Assembly (NCBI GenBank): GCA_043823065.1
Contig: JBDRBB010000008.1
Coordinates: 192,001 to 256,000, forward strand
DNA: 64,000 bases
Source: Pseudomonadota bacterium
Lineage (GTDB): Bacteria; UBA10199; 2-02-FULL-44-16; DYJF01
Reading direction: 5' to 3'
The notes beneath the pieces are model-generated. The model saw only the letters and a list, made by a program, of their open reading frames with translations, was not told the origin of the DNA and made no database searches. Numbering within the stretch: position 1 is the stretch's first letter; each line of letters begins with the position of its first letter. Positions 38,046-48,526 of the stretch are shown in pieces. A program made the translations under genes and the position numbers.

Positions 38046-38606
38046 ATGTCTGCAGCATGGTTAAATAAAGTTAGTTTTGTGTTTTTTTTGCTGGTTTTAG
38101 TTGCCACTTTAAGTAGGTCTAATATTAGTAAGGGGCAATCATTTGCTGCCAGTGCTGATGTAAGTTCCTCCTTATCTATATCTTTAGAGGGGGGGCGCAA
38201 TTATCGGGGAAGAGATACCAGAATTTTTAATAATAATCTAAATTTTGGTAGCGTGTCATTTCTTAATCCAGATCTAATTAACAATGGTGATGCTTTTTTG
38301 GAGAACTCATATTTAATTCTAGAAGCAACCTTAAAAATGACTATTGTTGGTAATGGTTATACCCAGGGGCAAATTTTGGCCAACAGGCAAATTTCAACTT
38401 CAGAAACATTTTCTAAAGTAAGATCCTCAACTAGCGATCTTGGCACGGAAAATAGCATTGATATTTTATTTGAACCAAGTGTAACTCAAATAAAAACGTT
38501 TGATACTAATACCACAGAGCTTTCTATTAGGTTTTTATATTATATTGATCGTTCGCAATCAGGTAGTTTTGCAGATACGATTAACCTAACCGCTTTAGCT
38601 ACTTAA
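38046..38606 (+). CDS. Secreted beta-rich hypothetical protein, candidate pilin subunit
   Basis: Signal peptide; LNFG.V segment and terminal G.FADTINLTA strand resembling Csu/spore-coat-U-type subunits. Confidence 0.5.
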   Translation: MSAAWLNKVSFVFFLLVLVATLSRSNISKGQSFAASADVSSSLSISLEGGRNYRGRDTRIFNNNLNFGSVSFLNPDLINNGDAFLENSYLILEATLKMTIVGNGYTQGQILANRQISTSETFSKVRSSTSDLGTENSIDILFEPSVTQIKTFDTNTTELSIRFLYYIDRSQSGSFADTINLTALAT

Positions 38607-38630
38607 GATATTTTTTAGAGGTGATTGCCA

Positions 38631-39530
38631 ATGGTATATAAAAGAGTTTTTGCTATTTTAGTATTAATTGGGTGTTTATTTAGCATAAATTTCTCAACTT
38701 TGGCCCAAGAAAGTGATTTGTTTAAGCTATTGAAGAAAGAGCAAGGTGCGGGTTCTGAGGGGGGAGCTACTTCTATTGGAGTTTCTCCAGTAGTGCGTAG
38801 AATGAATTTCCATCCAGGTGCTTTGGAAAAATTTGATTTTCGGGTAAGTAACCAAAGTACCAAATATATGCTAGTAAAAGTAAGTATTGGCGGAGCATTA
38901 TATAGCGATGGAAACATAAAAAGCGCTATGATTAGTGATTTACCTCAAGATAATTTAGCGCGTTGGACTAAACCTCTAAATAATGATGTTTTACTGCCGC
39001 CAAAATCAGCTAAACAATTTTATTTTAACACTCATGTGCCTAAAACAGCCAAAGGAACTAATCCCATGTTTCTTATGTTTTCTGGTTCAGTTGTAAAAAA
39101 TCCAGTGGAAGCTAAACGAGATCCTAGTAAGGTTATAGCAGGTGTGGGTTATAGTGCAGGTGTATCAGCTTTGTTATATGCAGATATAGTAGGAAAAACA
39201 GCATATAAGCTAGACTGGCTGAAAACAGATGTGATAGTAAAAGACAATTCTGTAAAAGCTGTAATTAATGTGAAAAATGTTGGTACGGGAAATTTAAAAT
39301 TACAGGCCTGGGGCACTGTTTTAAAAAGCGCTGAAAAAAAACCATTAGCATTATTGCGTAGAAATGTGCCTCAGGGAATATTTCCAGGTCAAACTTTAGA
39401 TATTGAAAGTGATTGGTCTAGTAAACAATTGCCAGATGGAAATTATAAATTGATGCTGGTTATTTCTGAAAAGGATAGAAAACTAGATGATATATATAAA
39501 GAAGTTTTGTTTAGTATTCCTGCCCGTTAA
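38631..39530 (+). CDS. Periplasmic two-Ig-domain chaperone-like protein
   Basis: Signal peptide; IGVSP....F.PG....F.V.N, V.N.G.G.L and IFPG......W......G.YKL, resembling PapD/DUF916-type chaperones. Confidence 0.55.
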   Translation: MVYKRVFAILVLIGCLFSINFSTLAQESDLFKLLKKEQGAGSEGGATSIGVSPVVRRMNFHPGALEKFDFRVSNQSTKYMLVKVSIGGALYSDGNIKSAMISDLPQDNLARWTKPLNNDVLLPPKSAKQFYFNTHVPKTAKGTNPMFLMFSGSVVKNPVEAKRDPSKVIAGVGYSAGVSALLYADIVGKTAYKLDWLKTDVIVKDNSVKAVINVKNVGTGNLKLQAWGTVLKSAEKKPLALLRRNVPQGIFPGQTLDIESDWSSKQLPDGNYKLMLVISEKDRKLDDIYKEVLFSIPAR

Positions 39531-42143
39531 TCTGCTTGTTTTATCTTGTTTTCTCATAGCTTCAATGGCTTGGGCACAAGACGCTGAAGGACCATATCCA
39601 GAAAAAAAAAGCGTGAAATTTATTTAGATTCTGGAGATATAGCTTATCTAGAAATATATCCTGTAAATCATTTTACTGTTGAAAATACTGGTGTGGCTAG
39701 CGCTGAATATATTGATAATAGACTGGCGGTTACTGGTAAAATACCAGGTTCAACTTATTTAATGATTTGGACCCCGTCAGGTTTAGAGATTTTTAATGTT
39801 ATTGTTGGAGTTGGTTCTGGAAGGTTTGTGCTTAATTCCAGGATGCCCCGTTCTATTTCTGCTGAGACCAGCGTTATTACTAATATAAATGAAGCTGGTA
39901 AAATTCAAGAACCATCAATTTTACACAATATTTATGCGCAATATCAGTTTCATGAAACCACTCGTTTTGAAGCAGACGCATTTATAAGAAGACTTTCCCA
40001 TGATAAATATCGTTTTGATATCAGAACTATTGGGCTAGATTTTTTAAAAAGCGGTTGGGAGGCTAGACTGGGAGATACTCAATTGGTGGGTGCAGAGCAA
40101 GGAGGCTTAAATTTACGGGGAGCTAATGTAACTTATACTATAAACAATGAAAAAGGCAGGCAGTATAAAATTGGAGTTAGTGGCGGAATGGTTAATGAAC
40201 AATCATATGACTATTTGGACATCAGCGATTTTTTTAGCGGTAATAGTGCATTTGGTGGAAGATTAGAAATAGATCAAGAGGATTTTAATATAGATTTGGG
40301 CTTAAACGCTTATTATGATAAAGATGAGCATGATTGGACTGCCTTGGCCTCAATTGATGAATTGTGGTGGCCGGTTAAGCAAGTTAGGATTGGGGCAAAA
40401 GGTATAAGTTTTAAAGGAAAAAACAGAGCAAATCTGAATACTTATATTGACACTGATTTGATCAATCTTCAAGCCAGCTATAATTTTATTCAAGAAGGGT
40501 TTACAGGTTTTGGCGTTGGTCAAGAGCTACCCCAGGAACACAACTATAATTTGTATATTACTGAAAAAATAATCCCAGAATTTGGTCTATATCAACAAGC
40601 TTATCAAGCTTTTTCTCTTTACGATACAGCGAGTTATTATCAAAAAGGTAGATCATTAACTATGGGTGGTGGCTTTCTTTTTTTTATAGGTAATGTTCGT
40701 GGCAGGCTTGGTTTTAAACATTATCAGGCAAATTCTAGTTCAACCACCAGTGGTCAGCAGCTAGGCACGTCTAGAACCCTAAAAGAACAGTGGGAGACCG
40801 TCTGGCACTGGTTTCCCAAGCAACAGCACACTTTTCGGTTTGAATTTTATGAAGCTTTTGAAAAAACTGAAGGTGCTAATCCTACAGGTTGGGATGTGGT
40901 TAATAATTTATTTCTTTTTTATAAGTGGAAACCAACTGATCGTTTCACCTTGCAATATGAAATTAGAGCTCGTTTTTTTCCAGATTTTCTGAAATTTAAT
41001 CAAGCAAGCACCCAATTTAGTGTAATTATGTATAATAAACAATGGAGAGTTGGTTCTACGCTTCTTTTTGCCAGTTATAATGGAGGGGATTATCACGAGT
41101 CGCGCGAAGAGCTTTTTGCCTATCGTCCATTGGGCAATTTTTTTGATATTGGTTTTAGAACCTTGTTTTATCAATATTTTAGACAAAACCAGTCAGTACA
41201 AAGCGCTCAAACCATTTTTTTTAATCTTGGGGTAAGGGTGCCATTAGGTCGAATTAAACCACTAGAAGCAGAGAGATATCACGATTATTTAAATGAAAAA
41301 GAAATCGAGCATAAAATAATTGCTGTTTTTGACAAAAATCAAAGTTTGAGCCTGGAAAAAGGCGAGAAAAAACTAGCTGGTATTGAATTTATGATTGAAG
41401 GGAAAAAATATAAAACAGGTTCAGATGGATCCTTAACTTTTAAATCAGCCAATAAAACAGTAACTATTGAATTATTAAGTGGTTCTATTCCAAAAGGAAT
41501 GGAATTGTTAAATCCAGCAATAATAACTCCAATTAATATGATAGACAAAGAGACCATATATTATTTTGCAGAACAATCTAGTTCGCTTATTATTAAGGCC
41601 TATGCTAAAGATTGGGATAGTGCTGAATTGCCTATTCATGGAATTATGTTTATGCTTTATGATCTAAAGTCTAATAAATTAATTAGTAAAGTTAGTTTAG
41701 AAGGCGGTTGGGGAGTGGCCTATGTGCCAGTAAATATAAAAGAAGTTGCTGTTAAGGTGGATCTAGATTCAATTGCTAAAAAATATAAATTTGATGCTGA
41801 TGAAAAGGATATATTCTTAACGGACCAACAGACAAATGAAATTACTTTTATTGCAGAAACTCTTTACAAAGTTGTTGGCAAGATTTCCTTTAAAGGATGG
41901 AATAAAGAAGAGATAGATAAATTGCGTAAAAATATTTATATAACACTTGGTGAACATAAGATTCAAATAGGCGCTGATAATTTCTATTATTTAGAGGGAG
42001 TAAAGGTCGGCGAATATGAATTAAAATTAAATGGCATTCCTTCTAATATATTGTCATCAGAAAGTGATATTTCCAGAACCGTTGAAATAGGCGGCTTGTC
42101 TACAGATGTGGGCTTGCCAGAACTGCAAGTCATTAAGAGGTAA
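39487..42143 (+). CDS. Usher-like outer membrane protein; 5' end separated by a frameshift in an A9 tract at 39602-39610
   Basis: ATG 39487 gives a signal peptide ending AWA-Q; next frame gives a secretin-type pilus N-domain (TGKIPGSTYLMIW), a long amphipathic beta region and SdrD-B-like repeats (VFDKN....KGEK.LAGI). Confidence 0.6.
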
Positions 42144-42145
42144 TT

Positions 42146-42742
42146 ATGATTAGAATTCAAAAAATCATCTTTGTTATTTGGGTAATTATATTTTCTACTA
42201 CAATTATAGATTTTCAAATAGATGAAGTTAAAGGTGAGCTTCAACATGAAATTGAGCTGGGAGTTACTGCAGAGTGTAAAGAATCAGTTCGGGCTAGATC
42301 TCCCAGTACAATTCAGATAACAGTTTCTTTTCCAGGGATTAGTTCTACAGAGTCAACTGCAGCTGATGCTTTTTGGCATTGGTCACAAGATGAAGATGAA
42401 ATTCCGCATTTATTTCATAAGAGGCTTTCTGGTAAGCAGCTGGTAATTATTCCAGGAGCTCAGATTGAATTTATGCGTTATTGCGGAGAAGCCGCAGCTA
42501 AGGATGCTCAGGTAAGTCTAGAAATGTTAAATGAAATGGGAAAAAATTTCTTTCATTTAAAATCAGTGAAAAATGTTAACTTGCCACAGGCAATAAATAG
42601 AGCAAATATTGTAGTGCCATGGCAAAAGCAGAAAACCACTTTGGGTTACGATTCAGCAAATCCCTATCAATTGGAGCTAAAGATTAATGTTTATACCCCT
42701 CAAGTTATAGTGGGAATATTGCAATATAGATATGATGGATAA
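42146..42742 (+). CDS. Secreted or anchored hypothetical protein, candidate minor subunit
   Basis: N-terminal hydrophobic segment, two Cys, last gene of the chaperone/usher-like run. Confidence 0.45.
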   Translation: MIRIQKIIFVIWVIIFSTTIIDFQIDEVKGELQHEIELGVTAECKESVRARSPSTIQITVSFPGISSTESTAADAFWHWSQDEDEIPHLFHKRLSGKQLVIIPGAQIEFMRYCGEAAAKDAQVSLEMLNEMGKNFFHLKSVKNVNLPQAINRANIVVPWQKQKTTLGYDSANPYQLELKINVYTPQVIVGILQYRYDG

Positions 42743-42765
42743 AAAATCAATTTATAAAAAAAGAG

Positions 42766-43812
42766 GTGATGATGTATAATCCTAATAATCGCAAACATAT
42801 TTATGCTAAGGCACCTTTAAGAATTAGTTTTTGTGGAGGAGGTACAGATTTAGCTCCATATAGCGATGAACATGGTGGCGTAGTTTTATCTACTACGATA
42901 AATAAATTTTCCATAACCAGTTTGGCCAGGCGTTCAGATCAAGAGATATCGCTTAATTCTTTTGATTTTGGAGATATCGTAAATATTAATTATAATTTAG
43001 CGGAAAAGCCAGTTTACGATGGAGTGCTGGATCTAGCAAAAGCAGTGATAGATGATTTTGATGTAGAAGAGGGCTTTGATTTATTTATGTACACTGATGC
43101 GCCACCTGCTTCAGGCCTTGGCACTTCCTCTACCTTTACGGTTTCAATTATAGGCGCTATGCGAGAATATCTGGGGTTAAGCATGGATGCTTATGAAATA
43201 GCAGAAAGAGCTCATTATATTGAAAGAGTAAAAATGGGTTATCATGGTGGCAAACAAGATCAATATGCTGCTGCTTTTGGCGGTTTTAATTTGATTGAAT
43301 TTAGCAAGGATAAAACTATTGTCACTCCACTTAAGTTATCACCCAAAATTGTGAATGATTTAGAAGCTCATATTTTACTTTGTTATACTGGCAAGACTCA
43401 TTTTTCTGCTAATTTGATTAAACAGCAAATTTCCTATTATAAAGAAAAAAGAATGGAGACTTTGGACGGGTTGCATAAGATCAAGCAGCTTACTTTTGAA
43501 TTAAAAGATGCTTTGGTAAAAGGTGAAATTAAAAAGTTTGCTGAGATCATCACTGAAAGCTGGAAGATTAAAAAAATGATCAACCCTGAGGTTACTAATG
43601 CTGCTATTGATGAAATTTATGATACTGCCCTAAAGCATGGCGCTATTGGCGGCAAACTTTTAGGAGCAGGTGGAGGGGGATTTTTGTTGCTTTTTTGCCC
43701 AATTACCAGGCGGAGACCTTTGGTTGATAATCTGGAAAAAATGGGGATTAGTTTTATGAGTTTTGGCTTAGATAAATATGGTTTGAAATGTTGGAGAAGT
43801 AATTGGAACTGA
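42766..43812 (+). CDS. GHMP kinase, HddA-like heptose-7-phosphate kinase
   Basis: APLRISF.GGGTD, PP.SGLG.SS, GKQDQY and GGKLLGAGGGG motifs. Confidence 0.88.
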   Translation: MMMYNPNNRKHIYAKAPLRISFCGGGTDLAPYSDEHGGVVLSTTINKFSITSLARRSDQEISLNSFDFGDIVNINYNLAEKPVYDGVLDLAKAVIDDFDVEEGFDLFMYTDAPPASGLGTSSTFTVSIIGAMREYLGLSMDAYEIAERAHYIERVKMGYHGGKQDQYAAAFGGFNLIEFSKDKTIVTPLKLSPKIVNDLEAHILLCYTGKTHFSANLIKQQISYYKEKRMETLDGLHKIKQLTFELKDALVKGEIKKFAEIITESWKIKKMINPEVTNAAIDEIYDTALKHGAIGGKLLGAGGGGFLLLFCPITRRRPLVDNLEKMGISFMSFGLDKYGLKCWRSNWN

Positions 43813-43816
43813 GACT

Positions 43817-44824
43817 TTAAGATTTTTTCTGAAAAAGTTCCCGAGGAACGGTTCTAAAGTAATACAAACCAACAATAGTTTTAAGTATGGCATTTACAAA
43901 TAGCCACAAAAGCACTGCTGCCAAAAGTAGTTCTCCGCCATTAATAATTCCTTTGGAGATCATGGGATGGGTTACTGTGTCTCTTAAAAGCTCTACTAGA
44001 GCAAATTGGATCGAACCCAAGCCTCCTGGCACAACAGGAATGGTGCTTACTAAGTGAACTAAAGGGATTTTGCCCATAATGTCGGTTAAGGGGACATTGG
44101 CGCCAAAGATTCTTATTAAAAAATACATGGAAGCAATAATAGCTAAATGTATAGGTATTCTATAAAAGGCAATTTTAATATAGTCTTTGATTTTGGAGTG
44201 TACAAATACATAGAAAAAGCTTTGTTGATAGAGCCATTTCCAAAACTTTCCTTCTAAGCGTTTTCCTTGCTGCATTTTGTGTCTCATCCAATGCCAAAAT
44301 ATAAGATTGGCAATAACGCCTAGGGCCACAAAAATCATAGCCAAACGTACCCAATGAGTTAGATCTAGCCCTCTAATGCTAACTTGTTGAAAATAAGTGC
44401 CTAAAAAAGCCAAGAATATGACCCAGCAAAAATCTACGAACATAATCACGGTGAATATTCCCAAAGATTTAGTAAAAGAAGCGCCAAATTTCTTTTTTAG
44501 GTAATAGGCAAAAGCAGCCTGAGAAGCGCCGTAATTAATGTTCATTATTAAATAAGTGATGCCACGGGGTGGAATAAGTTGGGCTGTTGAAAATTTAAGG
44601 CCATAATTAGTTAAAATATGAGCTGTACTCCAACAATCTGCCCAATAAAGAAAGATAAAATAGCCCAGAGAAAGGATAATAAATAAGATTGGATTTACAA
44701 ATTTCAAAGCTTGCCAGACCTGGGCTGGTGGATAGGCATAGAACAAGTAAACAAATAAAAGTATGGCCAATATCCAGGGTAAAATTTTGCGAAAAAACAA
44801 AGTTGGGATTGTATTTTTGCTCAT
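43817..44824 (-). CDS. UPF0104/lysylphosphatidylglycerol-synthase TM-type flippase-like protein
   Basis: Polytopic; IPVVPGGLG motif. Confidence 0.7.
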   Translation of the reverse strand: MSKNTIPTLFFRKILPWILAILLFVYLFYAYPPAQVWQALKFVNPILFIILSLGYFIFLYWADCWSTAHILTNYGLKFSTAQLIPPRGITYLIMNINYGASQAAFAYYLKKKFGASFTKSLGIFTVIMFVDFCWVIFLAFLGTYFQQVSIRGLDLTHWVRLAMIFVALGVIANLIFWHWMRHKMQQGKRLEGKFWKWLYQQSFFYVFVHSKIKDYIKIAFYRIPIHLAIIASMYFLIRIFGANVPLTDIMGKIPLVHLVSTIPVVPGGLGSIQFALVELLRDTVTHPMISKGIINGGELLLAAVLLWLFVNAILKTIVGLYYFRTVPRELFQKKS

Positions 44825-44885
44825 TATTTTGTATTTTCAATATATTATACTGTATTTTGCTAATTGTCCACTAATAGGGGGAGTT

Positions 44886-46484
44886 ATGAATAACGAAAGA
44901 AGAACAGTTTTTCCTGTATTATTTTTCTTCCTGCTGCTTGTTTCTATCTTGCCAATTTTATTATCCAAATATTTGCCAGGTATAATGATTCCCGGCCAGG
45001 TTACTATGGCTTATATTATAGAAAATTTTTCTAATCCTAATTTTCATTTTACCGAATATTATGCTGTTGATCTTTCTTTTGCGCCTTTAATGTTGTTTTT
45101 CTATTTTGCAAATCTATTAAAAGGATTTATCGCCCCCCTGGTTGCTATAAAATTATTTGCAATGATTGCTATTATTCTTTTGCCGATAAGCTTTTATGTT
45201 TTTCTTTCTACCATAAATAAAAATATAAAGTGGCTATCCTTGTTTTCATTTATTTTTCTATATAATGAAACCTATTATTTTGGTAATTTGAACCTGCTGC
45301 TATCATTTTCTTTATTTTTCTTTGGATTAGCATGTTTGGAAAGTATTCTTAAGAAATTTAGAGTAATCCAACTTATTCTCCTGCTATTTCTGACAGCTTT
45401 TTTGTTTTATGCGCATTCTCTAACGTTTATTATTTTCTTGATAGCTGGCATTATTTTGCTTTTTTCCCACAAAGAGGCTGGAAATAAAATATCTATGCAC
45501 CAGATAATGACTTTTTTGTTGGTGTTGGTTTTAGCTCTTATTTTGAGCTGGTCCTATTTTGGTGTTATTTGGACTTATTTAAAAGTATTTTTTGACCGCT
45601 CCTTAACAGAGTCTTCTGTCTTGCTGAAATGGATTTATCCTTGGCCGGCTTTTTTGCATTTAATAGCATCTCCAGGCGGAGTTTTATTTGGTTTGGCTAA
45701 ACTTAGCTGTTTAGTTTTGTTAGCATTAGCTATTTTTCATCCCCTATTTAATAAAGAGCAGTTATTGAATTTGGGTAAAATATTCAATGATGAACCCTAT
45801 TCAAGTCAAAGGCCATATATATATGTGGCGATTTTATTGTTAATGATTCTTTTTTTAATGCCAGGAGGTATCTCTTTTGTGGCTAATGCTGAAGTAGGCA
45901 TTGAAAATAATAGTTTTTTTAAGCTAAACTATCAACTTGTACCTTTAATCAGCCTTTTTATTATTACTATTTTACCAGCGCAATTGTATCACGCTAATTA
46001 TTCTAAATATCTAATTTCATTAGCCGGATTTATTGTGATCGGTATTACAATAATATTTCATTTGCAATTTCAAAAAGAGATGAAATCCTTTGATGACCTA
46101 ATTAATTTAATGGAAGCTGATAAAAATATGTTAGTGATTAATGCTAACCCTGTAAGTAATTATTTTGCTCAGGATTTTCCCATTTTTAAATACGTTCCAA
46201 CTTATTATATTTATCAAAAACAGGGGGTAGTATCTGATTTTCTAGATCAAGGATATTTCCCAGTAAGATTGATTCAGGATAAAAAACCACCGCTAACGTT
46301 ATTTAATGAAGATAAAAAACTGACCAAAGAAGTCTTGACCTACTATGCGTATTATTTGTTTAGATTTGCCGGAGATGCTTTTGCTGAAGAAATTGCTGTT
46401 ACTAAAACAAATAATTTTTTGAAACAATCTAATATCAATAAAATTGCAACTATGGATAAGTGGCACTTATACGAGAAAAAATAG
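44886..46484 (+). CDS. Polytopic membrane protein, GT-C-like (start revised)
   Basis: GGGGGAG RBS before MNNERR; YYFG..N and LFYAH motifs; C-terminal soluble domain. Confidence 0.55.
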   Translation: MNNERRTVFPVLFFFLLLVSILPILLSKYLPGIMIPGQVTMAYIIENFSNPNFHFTEYYAVDLSFAPLMLFFYFANLLKGFIAPLVAIKLFAMIAIILLPISFYVFLSTINKNIKWLSLFSFIFLYNETYYFGNLNLLLSFSLFFFGLACLESILKKFRVIQLILLLFLTAFLFYAHSLTFIIFLIAGIILLFSHKEAGNKISMHQIMTFLLVLVLALILSWSYFGVIWTYLKVFFDRSLTESSVLLKWIYPWPAFLHLIASPGGVLFGLAKLSCLVLLALAIFHPLFNKEQLLNLGKIFNDEPYSSQRPYIYVAILLLMILFLMPGGISFVANAEVGIENNSFFKLNYQLVPLISLFIITILPAQLYHANYSKYLISLAGFIVIGITIIFHLQFQKEMKSFDDLINLMEADKNMLVINANPVSNYFAQDFPIFKYVPTYYIYQKQGVVSDFLDQGYFPVRLIQDKKPPLTLFNEDKKLTKEVLTYYAYYLFRFAGDAFAEEIAVTKTNNFLKQSNINKIATMDKWHLYEKK

Positions 46485-46501
46485 TGAATAAGGAAAAAAA
46501 T

Positions 46502-47484
46502 ATGAAAATATTAGTAACTGGAGCTCCTGGCTGGCTAGGTACAAGATTAGTGGAAATTCTAAGAGAGCAAGGCAAAGAAGTTAGGGCCTTAGCGTTGCCA
46601 TATTTAAATGAGCAAGAATTAATTTCTCTTAATGCGGAAGTATTTAAAGGGGATTTGCAAAATGCAGATTCTCTTAGAGGTGTTTGTGACGGAGTTGGTG
46701 CTGTTTTTCACTGCGCAGGATTAATTCATCCTAAAAGGATAAAACAATTATATGATGTAAATGTTATTGGTACTAAGAATATTTTAAATGAAGCTATTAA
46801 ATCTGGAGTAAAAAAAATTGTTATGTTTCATCTAATTCAGTTGGCGGAGTGAATAAAAAAAGAGATGTTTTAATGAAAGAAGATGATTTACCGAACCCAT
46901 ATAAACACTATGGGAAAAGTAAGCATGAAGCTGAAAAATTGGTTAATGCTGCTTTTGAACAAGGAAAAATTAATACAACTATTCTTAGGCCTTGTTGGTT
47001 TTATGGGGTGCGGCAGCCAGAAAGACAGACGACTTTTTTTAGGATGATTAAAAAAGGTAATCCCATAGTTTTTGGTGATGGCCAGAATTTACGCAGCATG
47101 ACCTATATTGATAATTTAATTGAGGCTATGTTGCTGGCAGAGCAAAAAGAAATATCAGCAGGCAAAACCTACTGGATTGCTGACAGAAGGTCTTATCCTA
47201 CTATTGAAATATATGAAACCATTGCTAAACTGCTGGAAGTAAAAAATTGGAAACCTCGTTTTGTGCCAGCATTTGTATCTAGTATGTGTGAAATAGCAGA
47301 TGATGTATTGCAAGCGATCAGTTTATATATCAAGGAAATTCATGTAGCTGGAGAAATGGATAAAGACATAGCCTGTAGCATAGAAAAGGCCCGGACAGAG
47401 CTAAACTATAATCCTACGGTGGATCTAGAAGAAGGTATGCGTAGATCAATTGCCTGGTGCAGAGCCAATGGAGTGGAGATTTAA
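46502..47484 (+). CDS. NAD-dependent epimerase/dehydratase, split by a 1-nt frameshift near 46821
   Basis: TGAPGWLG and NV.GT.N in frame 1; YGKSK, RP.W.YG and RS.TYIDN in frame 2; one extra T restores KKIVYVSSNS. Confidence 0.85.
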
Positions 47485-47487
47485 TAC

Positions 47488-48525
47488 ATGGCTAAGGTCT
47501 TGGTTACAGGTGGAGCTGGTTTTTTTGGTCTGCATTTGGTGCAAGCATTAGCCAAAAAAGGATATGTTCCAATTATCTATGATCTTGATAAGCCTGAACA
47601 AGATCAATTACCCAATATCCAATATATTAAAGGTGATATAAGAAACGAAGCAGCTTTGCTAGATGCCCTGAAAGATGTTGACTTTGTTTTTCATAATGCT
47701 GCTTTAGTTCCTATTTCCAGGGCAACGCGTAAGACGTATTGGTCAGTTAATGTTGAAGGAACAAGAAAAGTACTAAATGCTTGTTTGCAACGAAAAATAA
47801 AAAAAGTTATCTTTGTTTCTTCCAGCGCGCCTTACGGTATTCCCAAAGAGTTGCCTATAACTGAGAAAACTCCGTTTAATCCTGTTTGTAATTATGGAAA
47901 GTCCAAGATTGCAGCTGAAAATATCTGCCAGCAATATCGTCAAAAAGGTCTGGATATAGTAATTTTAAGACCGCGTACTTTGATTGGTAAAGGCAGGTTA
48001 GGCATATTTCAAATTCTTTACAGTTGGATTGCTGACAATAAAAAAGTCTATTTGATTGGTAAAGGAGATAACCTGTTTCAGGATTTAGGAGTAGATGATT
48101 TTGCAGCAGGCTGCCTTTTGGCTCTGGAAAAGGACTGTCGCAACCAAGATTTCAATTTAGGCACAGATAGATATGCTACAGTAAGAGAAGAATTAGAAGA
48201 TCTAATTGCTTATGCTGGCAGTTTTTCTAAACTTATTGGCATTCCAGCAGAGATGGCCAGATTTTTTTTAGGGATTTTAGATATCTTAAATCTTTCTCCT
48301 TTTACCACCTGGCATTATAAAACAGCAGATCAGCCTTTTTATTTTGACAGCTCTAAAGCTATGAAACTTTTAGGTTGGCAACCTAAAATGAGTAGCTCTG
48401 ATATGTTTAGACAAAGCTATGATTGGTATTTAGCAAATCGCAGACAAATTGATGCTCACGAAGGAACTAGTCACAGATATTCAGCTAAACAAAAAATTTT
48501 GAAAATACTAAAAAGGATATCTTAA
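47488..48525 (+). CDS. NAD-dependent epimerase/dehydratase
   Basis: TGGAGFFG, HNAA, SSSAPYG, YGKSK and RPRT..G.GRLGIF motifs. Confidence 0.88.
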   Translation: MAKVLVTGGAGFFGLHLVQALAKKGYVPIIYDLDKPEQDQLPNIQYIKGDIRNEAALLDALKDVDFVFHNAALVPISRATRKTYWSVNVEGTRKVLNACLQRKIKKVIFVSSSAPYGIPKELPITEKTPFNPVCNYGKSKIAAENICQQYRQKGLDIVILRPRTLIGKGRLGIFQILYSWIADNKKVYLIGKGDNLFQDLGVDDFAAGCLLALEKDCRNQDFNLGTDRYATVREELEDLIAYAGSFSKLIGIPAEMARFFLGILDILNLSPFTTWHYKTADQPFYFDSSKAMKLLGWQPKMSSSDMFRQSYDWYLANRRQIDAHEGTSHRYSAKQKILKILKRIS

Positions 48526-48526
48526 T

